NCBI GenBank assembly: GCA_965197475.1
Contig: CBDANF010000003.1
Location: 576,001 to 640,000 of the forward strand
From: Candidatus Poribacteria bacterium
GTDB lineage: Bacteria > Poribacteria > WGA-4E > WGA-3G
Reading direction: 5' to 3'
DNA: 64,000 bases
The notes below the pieces were generated by a model. That model made no database searches. It was not told where the DNA came from and saw only the letters and a list, made by a program, of their open reading frames with translations. The translations under genes were made by a program, and so were the position numbers. Positions 39,440 to 53,821 of this stretch are shown here, in pieces; within the stretch, counting starts at the first letter, position 1, and each line of letters starts with the position of its first letter.

Positions 39440-41956
39440 ATGAAGGAGAATACCATGAAACAGATAAAATTAATAGTACTCATCGGCATAATTATTTGCT
39501 CAGGAACGTATGCAAACGCCCAAGAAAATGAGGCGATGCCAAAACTTACAGCGGAACAGAAACAATTCGACCTTGATGGAAACGGTAGACTTAGCCCTGA
39601 AGAAGATCAACTCATGCTTCGAATCATAACTTTAGAGGCGTTCATGGATAGTAAACTCAGTCGTGAAGAAATTCAGGAAATGGCTGGTAACCGTCCAAAC
39701 AGAGATGGCGGTCCTCCTGGCTTTAGTGGCGGACCTCCTGATTTTGGTAGGGGTAGACCCCCTGGTGGCAGAGGTGGACCGCGCCCACCAGAAAAACTGG
39801 TTGCAAGGTTTGATACAAATAAAGATGGAAAATTAACAGGTGACGAGCGGGAAGCAGCACTTGATTCGCGTGGCGGTGCATATTCACCTGAACAACGCGC
39901 GGGAACGCCAACTGGAAATATTCAGGATGATACGAAAGCGAGTCTCGCTTCTGCACCAGCAGGTACCCCCACATTCTATGATGGCGGGACACTCCGCACC
40001 TTATATCTTCGTTTCCACGATGAAGATTGGTATGCACAACTGAACGCATTTTATCGCACGGATGTTGAAGTGCCAGCCGAATTAGTTGTTGATGGGAAGG
40101 TTTATCCAGAGGTCGGTATCCGATTCCGTGGCACCTCGTCCTACTTCACAGTTCAATCTGAGAAAAAGTCGTTTAACATTGCCGTTGACTATGGCGATGA
40201 TAGCCAACGTCTTTACAGTTATAAGACACTCAACTTGCTCAACGGACATGTTGACGCATCTTTCCTCCGAGAAGTGCTCTACAATCGAATTGCACGCGAC
40301 TATATCCCCGCCATGAAAACTAATTTTGTGAAATTAGTTATCAACGGTGAAAGCTGGGGTGTTTATATCAACCTCCAGCAGTACAACAAAGATTTTCTGG
40401 ACGAGTGGTTCGGTACGAGAGATGGAGCCCGTTGGAAAGTGGGACCCGGTGGCGGTGCGCTAACTCATACCGGTAACGATGCAGCAGCGTACCAAAGGAC
40501 CTACCAGCTCAAAACCGCGAATGTAGAAAACCCGTGGGAAGATTTAATTGCGCTTTGTGAAATGCTTGATTCTAAAACGCCTGATGCGAAATTAGAAACG
40601 GATTTACCATCAATATTTAACGTTGACCGCGCCCTATGGCAACTTGCTGTCTCAAACGTCTTTATGGACGATGATAGTTACATTCACAAAGAGGGAGATT
40701 TTGCCATTTATCAGGACACCAATGAAAGATTCCATCTCATATCGCACGATAACAACGAAACTTTCAGATTTGGTCGTGAGGGTCGTGGCGGTCCTGGTGG
40801 CAGAGGTCCTGGCGGTTGGTCGTGGGGAGAGTTGACATCAGGGATGGTATCTCCGATGACACACGCGGACAATCCGATGCGTCCGGTTATTAGCCGTTTG
40901 CTTGGCATTCCAAAATGGAGAGCCCGATATATTGCGCATGTACGTACTGTCGTAAATGAGTGGCTTGATTGGGATGTGTTGGAACCGGTCATCAAAGAAT
41001 ATCACGCACTCATTGATGTAGAAGTGCAAGAAGATGATAAAAAACTTTACGACTACCGCAATTTTGAGGTAAGTGCTGATGGCGACCGTGGAGGACGCAC
41101 ACCGAGTTTCAAGCAATTTGTAACCCAAAGACGAGAATCGCTACTTAATCATCCTGAATTAAACAAACCAACGCCAAAGATTATTTCTATTTCAACACCT
41201 GACTCGCAATATGAACCTATGGCGGATCAACCCGTCGAAATTACAGCGGAATTAGATAAAAAGGTTGCAGCAGATTCGGTTCTATTGTATTATAGTACTG
41301 ACCAACATTCAGTTTTTAAGCAGACGCTGATGTCAAAAAATGGGAACAGATTTGTTGGTAACATTCCGGGTTTTCCAGTAGACACTACGGTTTATTATTA
41401 CGTAGAAGCGAATGCGGTGAAGACACACGGCACAACAACATTTTATCCCGCACGCGCAGAGTTCGGTGCAGCGCATTACCGAGTCAAAGTGCCGAGGGCA
41501 GAACAGGTTACGGTTGTAATTAACGAACTCATGGCTGCCAATACCAATGGTATTGTCGATTCGCAGGGAGACCATGAAGACTGGCTGGAATTGCACAATA
41601 TCACAGATAACCCCGTGCTGCTCACCGGAATGTATCTTACAGATAAAATGGATAATCTTACAAAATGGGCATTTCCCGAAAATACCACGATCTCACCACG
41701 TGGGTACTTGATTGTATGGTTAGATGAAGATGGAAAAGCATCAAAAGGACTGCATGCAAACTTTAAACTATCCCGTAGTGGTGAAACAGTTATGCTCGTG
41801 GATACCGATGCCCGTGGGAATCAAGTGATAGATACAATTACATTTGGGCAGCAACAGAAAGATACCGCCATCGGCAGATTGCCGAATGCTACCGGCACTT
41901 TTCAAGCTGTGCAGACGACACCTGGGACACAAAACAGGGAAAAGAAAGCAAAATAA
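39440..41956 (+). CDS. CotH kinase family protein with EF-hand-like motifs and a C-terminal lamin-tail domain
   Basis: VGIRFRGTSS, KKSFNI, LRE.L, INGE.WGVY, HDNNETF; DLDGNG/DTNKDG; INELMA..DWLELHN. Confidence 0.88.
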   Translation: MKENTMKQIKLIVLIGIIICSGTYANAQENEAMPKLTAEQKQFDLDGNGRLSPEEDQLMLRIITLEAFMDSKLSREEIQEMAGNRPNRDGGPPGFSGGPPDFGRGRPPGGRGGPRPPEKLVARFDTNKDGKLTGDEREAALDSRGGAYSPEQRAGTPTGNIQDDTKASLASAPAGTPTFYDGGTLRTLYLRFHDEDWYAQLNAFYRTDVEVPAELVVDGKVYPEVGIRFRGTSSYFTVQSEKKSFNIAVDYGDDSQRLYSYKTLNLLNGHVDASFLREVLYNRIARDYIPAMKTNFVKLVINGESWGVYINLQQYNKDFLDEWFGTRDGARWKVGPGGGALTHTGNDAAAYQRTYQLKTANVENPWEDLIALCEMLDSKTPDAKLETDLPSIFNVDRALWQLAVSNVFMDDDSYIHKEGDFAIYQDTNERFHLISHDNNETFRFGREGRGGPGGRGPGGWSWGELTSGMVSPMTHADNPMRPVISRLLGIPKWRARYIAHVRTVVNEWLDWDVLEPVIKEYHALIDVEVQEDDKKLYDYRNFEVSADGDRGGRTPSFKQFVTQRRESLLNHPELNKPTPKIISISTPDSQYEPMADQPVEITAELDKKVAADSVLLYYSTDQHSVFKQTLMSKNGNRFVGNIPGFPVDTTVYYYVEANAVKTHGTTTFYPARAEFGAAHYRVKVPRAEQVTVVINELMAANTNGIVDSQGDHEDWLELHNITDNPVLLTGMYLTDKMDNLTKWAFPENTTISPRGYLIVWLDEDGKASKGLHANFKLSRSGETVMLVDTDARGNQVIDTITFGQQQKDTAIGRLPNATGTFQAVQTTPGTQNREKKAK

Positions 41957-42089
41957 CGGATCTCCAAAAGAAAAACGAACTTTTTTGTGCGTGCTATGTC
42001 TTATAGGTTGAAAGCAAAATCTAAAACCTATTCTTAAGTTAAGCTCGGACAAGACTTAGTGAGATGCTGATAAACTCTGGAGGAGATAA

Positions 42090-42710
42090 ATGTCCGTTAC
42101 GACCCTAACCTTTGATATGGAAACCTATTCGGATATAGTCCAAGTGGAAGATTTTGACAGGCAACAGGAACGCGAACTTATTTTGCGGTGCCAAGACAGA
42201 GATACCGCCGCAATGGGAACCCTCGTTGTGCAATACCAACATTGGGTTTACAATATCGCTTACGGTTTACTTGGTCATCACGAAGATGCCCAAGATGCTG
42301 CGCAGGACGCGTTCGTTTCTGTTTGGGAAAATATCGGCAAGTTTGAGTTCCGTTCCCGATTTTCTACATGGTTGTATAAAATTGTCCGTAATAAGTGTCT
42401 CAATCTAATTGACCAACGTAAACGTAGAAAAACTGACCCGATGGAGATTGACGACTCGCAACCTTGGGTACCACTTGACAATGTAACGCCTGAACAGGAA
42501 GCATTACGTACCGAACAGCGTGAAATACTGCACGCTGCCCTCGGCAGGCTCAAAGAAAGTTATCGAACAATCTTAATCCTACGCGAATTGCGCGAACTCT
42601 CTTACGAAGAGATAGCAGAAGTCCTCAATTGCACGCTGGGACGCGTCAAATCCCGATTACATGAAGCGCGAAAAGCTTTGAAAGCTGAACTTGAACGTAT
42701 TGATTGGTAA
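42090..42710 (+). CDS. ECF sigma-70 factor (RpoE-like)
   Basis: DAQDAAQDAF, FSTWLYKI, LSYEEIAEVL..LGRVKSRL; GAACTT...GTCT upstream (~41977-42002). Confidence 0.93.
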   Translation: MSVTTLTFDMETYSDIVQVEDFDRQQERELILRCQDRDTAAMGTLVVQYQHWVYNIAYGLLGHHEDAQDAAQDAFVSVWENIGKFEFRSRFSTWLYKIVRNKCLNLIDQRKRRKTDPMEIDDSQPWVPLDNVTPEQEALRTEQREILHAALGRLKESYRTILILRELRELSYEEIAEVLNCTLGRVKSRLHEARKALKAELERIDW

Positions 42711-42772
42711 AAGTTGTACTATAATTGTACATGTGATATTTAACCACGTACTACTAAGCTTAATTAAGAAAA

Positions 42773-43285
42773 ATGAAACATCAACGTATTCAGAAACATT
42801 TATCAACATATCTTGACAATGAATTGGCACCTGCTATACATAAGCAGGTGGACAACCATATCCGTGGTTGCCAAGAATGTACGGACATGCTGGCAGATTT
42901 CAGGCAAAACCGGCGACAGATAGCTGCGCTTGTACATCCCGCGCCATCTATGAAGAATGTGGTTTTGGCAAAGATTCGCGAAAACGAGGCTGCACCACGC
43001 AAGAAGTTTCTCCCAATCTTCAGACGCTGGATTTTTCGTCCTTTCACTGTTGGCGCAACCGCCTTTTCAACTGTCTGTATCATCGTCGCGTTTTTCTTCT
43101 TTACATATTCGCCTGCTCCTCAATACGATGAACTCCTTGATTTCTATTTTGGTGTCCATACAGAAGAGGTCGCGAATAATCCCTTGAAATCGAACGTCGC
43201 AATGCCACTTAGCGATCCCGTAACATTCACCGAAGATATCGGTGAAGATACAGAAACATTGCTCAATCTGTATCTGGGTGATTAA
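42773..43285 (+). CDS. Zinc-finger (HxxxCxxC) anti-sigma factor
   Basis: LSTYLDNEL...HIRGCQEC, TM segment. Confidence 0.88.
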   Translation: MKHQRIQKHLSTYLDNELAPAIHKQVDNHIRGCQECTDMLADFRQNRRQIAALVHPAPSMKNVVLAKIRENEAAPRKKFLPIFRRWIFRPFTVGATAFSTVCIIVAFFFFTYSPAPQYDELLDFYFGVHTEEVANNPLKSNVAMPLSDPVTFTEDIGEDTETLLNLYLGD

Positions 43286-43291
43286 TCCTCT

Positions 43292-44362
43292 GTGAATCTA
43301 AGAAATGCTATAGATGATCTTATGTTAACGAAACCACTACACGCATTCTGCTTTTTAACGCTAACTATTTCTCTGTTGGCAGCCAACTATCTCTTTGCCG
43401 ATGTAGCTGTGCTTAAACGCATTGCAGAAGCGGAACGTGATGTTGGTTACGTCGGTCTTCGTCTAAAAATATATAGTAGATCTCGCGGTTCTCGGACGAT
43501 GGAAGAAATCATCATCCATAGGACAGCTGAAGATTCATATCGGAAAGTTGTATCCGTTATTGGGGAACAGAAGCCATTTGCTGAAGAGAACGGCCGTGAC
43601 AGGGGACAGGATGACAGAAACGGAGACCAGGAAAATCGTAGAAGAGACAGAGAATTTAGATGGGAACGCCAAAGGAGTCAATTTTCTACAAAAGAGATTG
43701 AATTGATAGCTCAAAACTATAATTTGGAGCGGCAACTTCGGGGAGAAAAAATCGCGGGTCATGAAACGGATCTTCTTATCATTAAACCAAAACATGCTGG
43801 CAGACCAACAAAGCATATTTTTTTCGCTCGTAAAAACGGTGTTATCTTGCGGGTTGACGACTTAGATGCTGCGGGTGTGCGACGAGATATGTTCGTTTAT
43901 ACTCGTATTAGTTTTGATCCCAAAAATGTGGAACCCAAATGGAAAGCCTTGGAAAAGGAGATTAAACGCGAACCGCGACCTGATCGAACGATTACACTTG
44001 TTGACGCGGAAAAGTTCTTAAAGACAAAACCTATTCAACCGAAATACTTACCACCAGGTTTCCAACTTCAGAGTATTCAAAAACACCAATTTAGAGGCAC
44101 ACATCTTCGATTAAAATATACAGATGGTTTGTTGGATTTGTACATATTCGAAACGACAGATAAGATCTCAGATCGCGGCAATCAGAATAGAGGGACAGTT
44201 ATTAAGATTGGAAACACGCCTGTACATAAACATCAGCGTGGACCGACCTATGCGTTCAGATGGTCAAGCTCGGATATCCACTTTTTTTTACTTGGCGCAA
44301 TACCTGCCACCGAAATGCAGAAGGTCGTAGAATCTATTATCCACAAAGCTGATCAAAAGTAG
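43292..44362 (+). CDS. MucB/RseB-like periplasmic regulator
   Basis: NY...EKIAG.ET, PKYLPPGFQL, YTDGL; follows the sigma/anti-sigma pair. Confidence 0.75.
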   Translation: MNLRNAIDDLMLTKPLHAFCFLTLTISLLAANYLFADVAVLKRIAEAERDVGYVGLRLKIYSRSRGSRTMEEIIIHRTAEDSYRKVVSVIGEQKPFAEENGRDRGQDDRNGDQENRRRDREFRWERQRSQFSTKEIELIAQNYNLERQLRGEKIAGHETDLLIIKPKHAGRPTKHIFFARKNGVILRVDDLDAAGVRRDMFVYTRISFDPKNVEPKWKALEKEIKREPRPDRTITLVDAEKFLKTKPIQPKYLPPGFQLQSIQKHQFRGTHLRLKYTDGLLDLYIFETTDKISDRGNQNRGTVIKIGNTPVHKHQRGPTYAFRWSSSDIHFFLLGAIPATEMQKVVESIIHKADQK

Positions 44363-44390
44363 TTTTAAATTGATACCGTTTAATAGTAGC

Positions 44391-44790
44391 GTAGGTTGGG
44401 TAGAGCAAAGCGAAACCCACATAGGTGTCAATTTAAGAAAGTACTACACCTTCCTCCGTTCCGGTAGGAGCGGTTTCCTAACCGCTCCATATCGTTCGCG
44501 AAAACCTTTCATCTTTAGCGTTCTCCAAACAGCGGTGTAAAAAACAGAAAACTGAGGCTAATAGGGCTTGCATAAGCCCGATGCGGTTAGGAAACCGCAT
44601 CTACCGGGGTGAAGGACCGCTAAATTGACACTTATGGGTTTCGTAAACTCTACCCGACCTATAAGACTGTACGGATTGTATTCATTTATATCATAGCATG
44701 ACTCACGTAGGTCCAAATCAACGCTGTGAATGCCTTTTTGGCATTCCCCGGGCATTCAGCGGGTAGAGCAACGCGAAACCCATTCTACAA
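44391..44790. repeat. Cluster of GTAG-type REP elements with a nested MITE-like unit (GTGTCAATTTA...TAAATTGACAC)
   Basis: GTAGGTTGGGTAGAGC..GCGAAACCCA, GTAGGAGCGGTTTCCTAACCGC and inverse copies. Confidence 0.7.
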
Positions 44791-44934
44791 CCCACTTCTC
44801 GGATTATATAACACGGAACTCACATGCCTTACCAACCGTCATTATCATTGACTCCAAAAAGCTTATAACCTATACTATATACAAACATTACCCTCATGAC
44901 ATAAGAAGCACACAACACAATAGGAGAGTAGGCA

Positions 44935-47169
44935 ATGAAAAAGATTTTATACGCAATCATAACAACACTGCTCATAACACTCATAACCACACCTAGCATC
45001 ACCGCCCAAGACCATACGGAATTGGGTCTACCCAAAGGTGCTATAGCACGGTTTGGGAAAGGGGGGAAATCGGGTGATATTGCGTATTCGCCAGATGGTG
45101 CCAAGTTCGCTGTGCCGTGCAAAATCGGCATTTGGATATACGATGCAGAAACAGGAGAAGAGCTTGACCTATACACTGAACATACGGATGCGGTTAGGAG
45201 TGTTGCTTTTAGTCCGGATGGAAACACAATCGTCAGTGGGAGTCATGACAAAACTGTTCGGTTGTGGAACGCAAATACGGGAGAACAACTACGCATACTT
45301 GAAGGTCATTGGAACTACGTTTATAGTGTTGCTTTTAGTCCGGATGGAAATACAATCGCAAGTGGGAGTTATGACAAAACCATCCGGTTGTGGAACGCAA
45401 ATACGGGAGAACAACTACGAACACTTGAGGGGCATCGGAGTTCCATTTTTAGTGTTGCTTTTAGTCCGGATGGAAACACAATCGCAAGTGGGAGTTATGA
45501 CAAAACCATCCGGTTGTGGAACGCAAATACGGGAGAACAACTCCAAACAATCAACACATCGTCCTTAGAGATTTCATTTAGTCCAGATTGGACTATGATA
45601 GCAAGTGCAGGTTTAGACTATTCTGTTCGGTTGTGGGACGCAAAAACGGGAGAACAACTACGAACACTTAAGGGGCATCAGGGTGGGATTTCAAGTATCG
45701 CCTTTAATCCTAAAAACAACATCATCGCAAGCGGGAGTTGGGATGGCATTTATCTGTGGGACGCAAAAACAGGGAAACATCTCCAAACACTTGAAGGGCA
45801 TAATGGTTGGACCAACACCTTAGCTTTTAGTCCGGATGGCAACACCCTCGTCAGTGGGAGTACGGATTCTACAATTCGCCTATGGGATGCAAACTCAAGG
45901 AAACATAAACGCACAATTGAAGGATATACGAATAGGTTCGCAGGTGTCGCTTTTAGTCCGGATGGTAGCATACTCGCAGGTGGCGGTTCAAGAGATATCC
46001 GATTATGGGACATAAAAACGGGTGAAAAACTCAAAACGCTTACCAAGACTGGAGGCTCGGTCTATGACTTGTCATTTAGTCCAGATGGCGATATGATCGC
46101 AAGTGTCGGTGATTCACCAGTCACCGTTCTGTTAGATGTAAACACCACAGAAGTTATCCATAGAATAAGCACGAATTGTAAATGGCTTAATTGTGTCGCA
46201 TTTAGTCCGGATGGCAAGTTAGTCGCAAGCGGTGGTTCAGGTGTATTCTCAGACCTCGCTATATGCAACGTAAGAACAGGGAAACTTCACCGTAGAATTT
46301 TGCAACATACGAGGTTCCTCAATAGTGTCGCGTTTAGTCCGGATAGCAAGACGATCGCATGTGGGAGTCCGGACAGAGTCATCAGGATATGGGATGTAAC
46401 ATCGAGGAAACTCCTTCACACATTTAAAGGACATACGGCTAATATCAGAAGTATCTCATTTAGCCCGGATGGTAACACGCTCGTAAGTGGCAGTGGGAAC
46501 GAAATTGATGGCGACTTCACCGTCAGGTTGTGGGATGTAAAATCCGGGAAACTTTTACACACCCTTCAGCGGCATACGAGTTACGTCAATAGTGTTGCTT
46601 TTAGCCCGGATGGCAACGTCATCGCAAGTGGAAGTAATGACACACACATTCGGTTGTGGGACGCAAACAAGGGGCTGCATCTACGCAAACTTGAGGGGCA
46701 TAAGGGACCCGTGCTCAGTATATCTTTCGGTAATGATAATCGCACGCTCGCAAGTGGGAGTTCTGACGGCACCGTGCTGGTCTGGGACTACAGATCCGGT
46801 GCTGATGGGATTGATGTGGGGGAGCCGTTTTCCGTTGAGGCACGTGGTAAGAAACTTGTCACACTCGGTCAGATAAAGCGTAACCAACTGTTCCAAAACT
46901 ATCCTAACCCCTTCAATCCTGAGACGTGGATTCCGTATCAATTGGCATCACCTGTGAATGTTAGTATCTCTATCTATACTGAAGATGGCAAGCTGATTCG
47001 GACGTTAGATTTAGGAGATAAGCCTATCGGCATCTATCAAGATCGTGACCGTGCGGCTTTTTGGGATGGTAGAAACGAGAATGGAGAAAAAATCGCCAGT
47101 GGCGTATACTTCTACACTCTCACCGCAGACGATTTCACTGCAACGCGCAAGATGTTGATACGGAAATAG
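44935..47169 (+). CDS. Secreted WD40-repeat protein with a C-terminal FlgD-Ig/sorting-type domain
   Basis: Many SVAFSPDG..IASGS.D.TIRLW repeats; QNYPNPFNPETWIPYQL...WDGRNE.GE...SGVYFY...TRKMLIRK. Confidence 0.92.
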   Translation: MKKILYAIITTLLITLITTPSITAQDHTELGLPKGAIARFGKGGKSGDIAYSPDGAKFAVPCKIGIWIYDAETGEELDLYTEHTDAVRSVAFSPDGNTIVSGSHDKTVRLWNANTGEQLRILEGHWNYVYSVAFSPDGNTIASGSYDKTIRLWNANTGEQLRTLEGHRSSIFSVAFSPDGNTIASGSYDKTIRLWNANTGEQLQTINTSSLEISFSPDWTMIASAGLDYSVRLWDAKTGEQLRTLKGHQGGISSIAFNPKNNIIASGSWDGIYLWDAKTGKHLQTLEGHNGWTNTLAFSPDGNTLVSGSTDSTIRLWDANSRKHKRTIEGYTNRFAGVAFSPDGSILAGGGSRDIRLWDIKTGEKLKTLTKTGGSVYDLSFSPDGDMIASVGDSPVTVLLDVNTTEVIHRISTNCKWLNCVAFSPDGKLVASGGSGVFSDLAICNVRTGKLHRRILQHTRFLNSVAFSPDSKTIACGSPDRVIRIWDVTSRKLLHTFKGHTANIRSISFSPDGNTLVSGSGNEIDGDFTVRLWDVKSGKLLHTLQRHTSYVNSVAFSPDGNVIASGSNDTHIRLWDANKGLHLRKLEGHKGPVLSISFGNDNRTLASGSSDGTVLVWDYRSGADGIDVGEPFSVEARGKKLVTLGQIKRNQLFQNYPNPFNPETWIPYQLASPVNVSISIYTEDGKLIRTLDLGDKPIGIYQDRDRAAFWDGRNENGEKIASGVYFYTLTADDFTATRKMLIRK

Positions 47170-47295
47170 TATCAAATGACCATAGGATAGCTGGAAGGCT
47201 GATGTTTATTGGCTTCCCAGCGATCGTTGATGAGTGGGTTGCGTTGGGATCGCGAGCATCCTCTTTGAGAAATGATGCGTTTAGCGATAAACGTG
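47169..47295 (-). ncRNA. Candidate structured ~125-nt RNA at the element end
   Basis: Downstream of a consensus promoter; four consecutive stems readable by eye (CGTTTA/TAAACG, GCATC/GATGC, GCGATC/GATCGC, CTGGGAAG/CCTTCCAG). Confidence 0.4.
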
Positions 47296-47300
47296 TCTAA

Positions 47301-47329
47301 AGTATAGCAAAACCAGTAGCGGTTGTCAA
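47301..47329 (-). promoter_or_regulatory. Outward-facing consensus sigma70 promoter inside the element
   Basis: Minus strand TTGACA-17bp-TATACT. Confidence 0.75.
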
Positions 47330-47396
47330 CCATATTTTCAAGGCACCTGCCCCGGTTTTGCGAAGTAAAGTTCGTCGGGAACATAGGATTAGGGTC

Positions 47397-48281
47397 TCAT
47401 TGGGCTTCTCCTTGGTGAGTGGCTTCATCGTTTGAGTCTGAATTGGCAAGGTCTGCATCTATGGCTTGGAGTTGGTGCTGCGGTATGAGGTCGAGATATT
47501 GAGAGATGACGCGTTTAGAAAGTCGTGTAATCTGTGAGATTTTATCAATATCTGCGGTTGCTTTCCGAACGACTTTGACGCTCTCATAATCGCGAATGTA
47601 TCGGTCAACTGCCTCCTTAGAGTGTTTGGTCTTTGCGGCAATCCTGGGGGTGAGATGTCCTTGAAGATAGAGGGTTATGATCTCTTTCTTATGGGTAATA
47701 GCCCCCGATAAGTCATGGATATTGCCACGGGTGGGCAAGAGTTCTCCAGTGGTTTTTTGCCATTCATTAACATAATCACAGACAACGGCATCGCAGACAT
47801 TGAGCAAAACTGCCAAGTCGAGTTGTGTCAATAATGCCCCTTGGTCATAAGCTTGATGACACCAGCGGACCAAGCGATTGATCCGCAATTGCCGGGAGGT
47901 GAAACCGTTGCGAAAGGATTCAATATCCTCTGCGGCGAGGTAAGTCAGGATGACGGGTTTCATGCGGGTTTTGACGATGGACTTTCCTCTTTCTGGATGC
48001 TCTTCAATAGGGACGGCCATCCAAACGAGTTGTCCATAACTCAAGAAACGCTCATCCGGGAGTTGATCGCCGGTGGCGAGTTTCTCCAAAGGAAGGGTAA
48101 TCACGAAATAGTCTTCAACGGTCTTAAGAATATCATCAACAATGGCGGTGGCAGTGACTTCGCCTTTGTCATAACCATAGTCATTGAGAAAGCGGTGAAT
48201 GAGCAACTGTCGTAGGGACTTATCGTTGATGCGTCTGAATTTCTTCTCGTTGATTTGCGTGCGGGTTAGAGGTTTGCTCAT
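47397..48281 (-). CDS. DUF1670-like protein B
   Basis: GQLVWMAV, QAYDQGALLTQLDLAVLL, PTRGNIHD.....THK, KHSKEAVDRY. Confidence 0.75.
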   Translation of the reverse strand: MSKPLTRTQINEKKFRRINDKSLRQLLIHRFLNDYGYDKGEVTATAIVDDILKTVEDYFVITLPLEKLATGDQLPDERFLSYGQLVWMAVPIEEHPERGKSIVKTRMKPVILTYLAAEDIESFRNGFTSRQLRINRLVRWCHQAYDQGALLTQLDLAVLLNVCDAVVCDYVNEWQKTTGELLPTRGNIHDLSGAITHKKEIITLYLQGHLTPRIAAKTKHSKEAVDRYIRDYESVKVVRKATADIDKISQITRLSKRVISQYLDLIPQHQLQAIDADLANSDSNDEATHQGEAQ

Positions 48282-49078
48282 GAGAGGTCCCCCTTTTTTG
48301 TGTCCTCAGGTTCTGGGTGAAGGAGTTGGGTCATGCGATCTGTGTGTTGGTATTCCTCATAGAGTGAGAGATACTCGCGGATCAACCGGTCAGATAGATG
48401 GGTGATCAGGCGTATCTGTGCGTTAGGAAAGCCTTGATGATGGAGCGTAGCGACTTGTGTAAAGTCTTTCAAGTAGCGGTAGACAGCTCGTTCGCTGTGG
48501 TTCGTCTTTTTCTCGATTTCGGTGAAGGTATAGGCTTTGAAATATAACTCCAGGACCTGGGTTTTATGAGAAGTGCCGGGGCCCATGTCGTGTTTCGTCC
48601 CGCGCGTCATAACGAAATACCCATCCTGCTTCAAGTGTCGAATGTCGCGTTTGACTGTAGCAGGACTGGTGGTTAATAATACAGCTAAATCCTCGTAGCT
48701 CAGTAAGGCATCTTGGTCATAAGCTTCTTGGGTCAATCGGAGGATCCGATGCCGTCTGAGTCCTGCGAGACCATAATTCGCTAAGACTTCAAGATCGGCG
48801 TTTGTGTCATTGAGAGTTAGCCGACAGGAAACTTTTTTCGCTAAAGCGATATGTTTACCTGCGGGTTCCTCTGCGGCGACTGCCTCGTAGCAGATTTGCC
48901 CTGATGTCAGGTGCACATCGGCGTGTTGTTCAAAGTAGGTGGAAATCTGTTTATAGTAGGCTTCAGCAACGAGAGGCATTAGATTAAAGTCTGCTGAAAT
49001 CTTCTGAATAATCGCGGCTCTGGCATTCTTGGATTCGAGCCGAGTGATACCGTAAGCGGTATCCTTCTTGCGGTTCAT
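48278..49078 (-). CDS. DUF1670-like protein A (ATGA-coupled to B)
   Basis: GQICYEAV, EAYDQDALLSYEDLAVLL, TRGTKHDMGPGTSHK, NHSERAVYRY; GGAGG RBS before ATG 49078. Confidence 0.75.
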   Translation of the reverse strand: MNRKKDTAYGITRLESKNARAAIIQKISADFNLMPLVAEAYYKQISTYFEQHADVHLTSGQICYEAVAAEEPAGKHIALAKKVSCRLTLNDTNADLEVLANYGLAGLRRHRILRLTQEAYDQDALLSYEDLAVLLTTSPATVKRDIRHLKQDGYFVMTRGTKHDMGPGTSHKTQVLELYFKAYTFTEIEKKTNHSERAVYRYLKDFTQVATLHHQGFPNAQIRLITHLSDRLIREYLSLYEEYQHTDRMTQLLHPEPEDTKKGDLS

Positions 49079-49371
49079 ATTGACCTCCATGAATAGATTA
49101 TCGGGGATCCGAGGACATCTACTCGTTAGTTTAACGAATACTAATAGTATAACTCATGGGGTCATTTGATACAAACTATAAATAGAGTGTATCTCATAGA
49201 TAGAATTGTGTTGTGCAAAGTACAGGTACTGCAGGAAATGTTAACATTTTCGAATTCTTCTAACCCCTTGCATTGATTTTTTCTCAGAATCATGTAACCA
49301 TTTCGCATCATACCCGCGTCATTATAAAATGATAGGACATTAAACAATCTAGCATTTTCTTGAGGTGTCTG

Positions 49372-53623
<4,252 letters not shown>

Positions 53624-53821
53624 TGTTTCACGCATCTGCTTTCGCGGGAAAACGGTGGAACAAAGCACTCACTGCAGTATCCTGTCAAATATAGAATAGA
53701 AATACCGGTATAAGGTATCCAAATTTATCTACAATTACAGGATCAGATTTAAACGAAGTGTCGCCTTGTCCCCTGTTTCTCAATGAAAGCAGGGGTTTCT
53801 TGTTTCATTACGGAGGTTTTA

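Larger units (their letters stand above)
47169..49172 (-). mobile_element. Putative novel mobile element encoding two DUF1670-like proteins
   Basis: 13-bp TIR GTATCAAATGACC (47169-47181) / GGTCATTTGATAC (49160-49172); no TSD; begins at the stop codon of the upstream gene. Confidence 0.7.

Noticed and set aside
47172-47384. 70-aa ORF at the element end
   Set aside because: Spans the consensus promoter and hairpins, with no recognisable motif; a non-coding role is more plausible.
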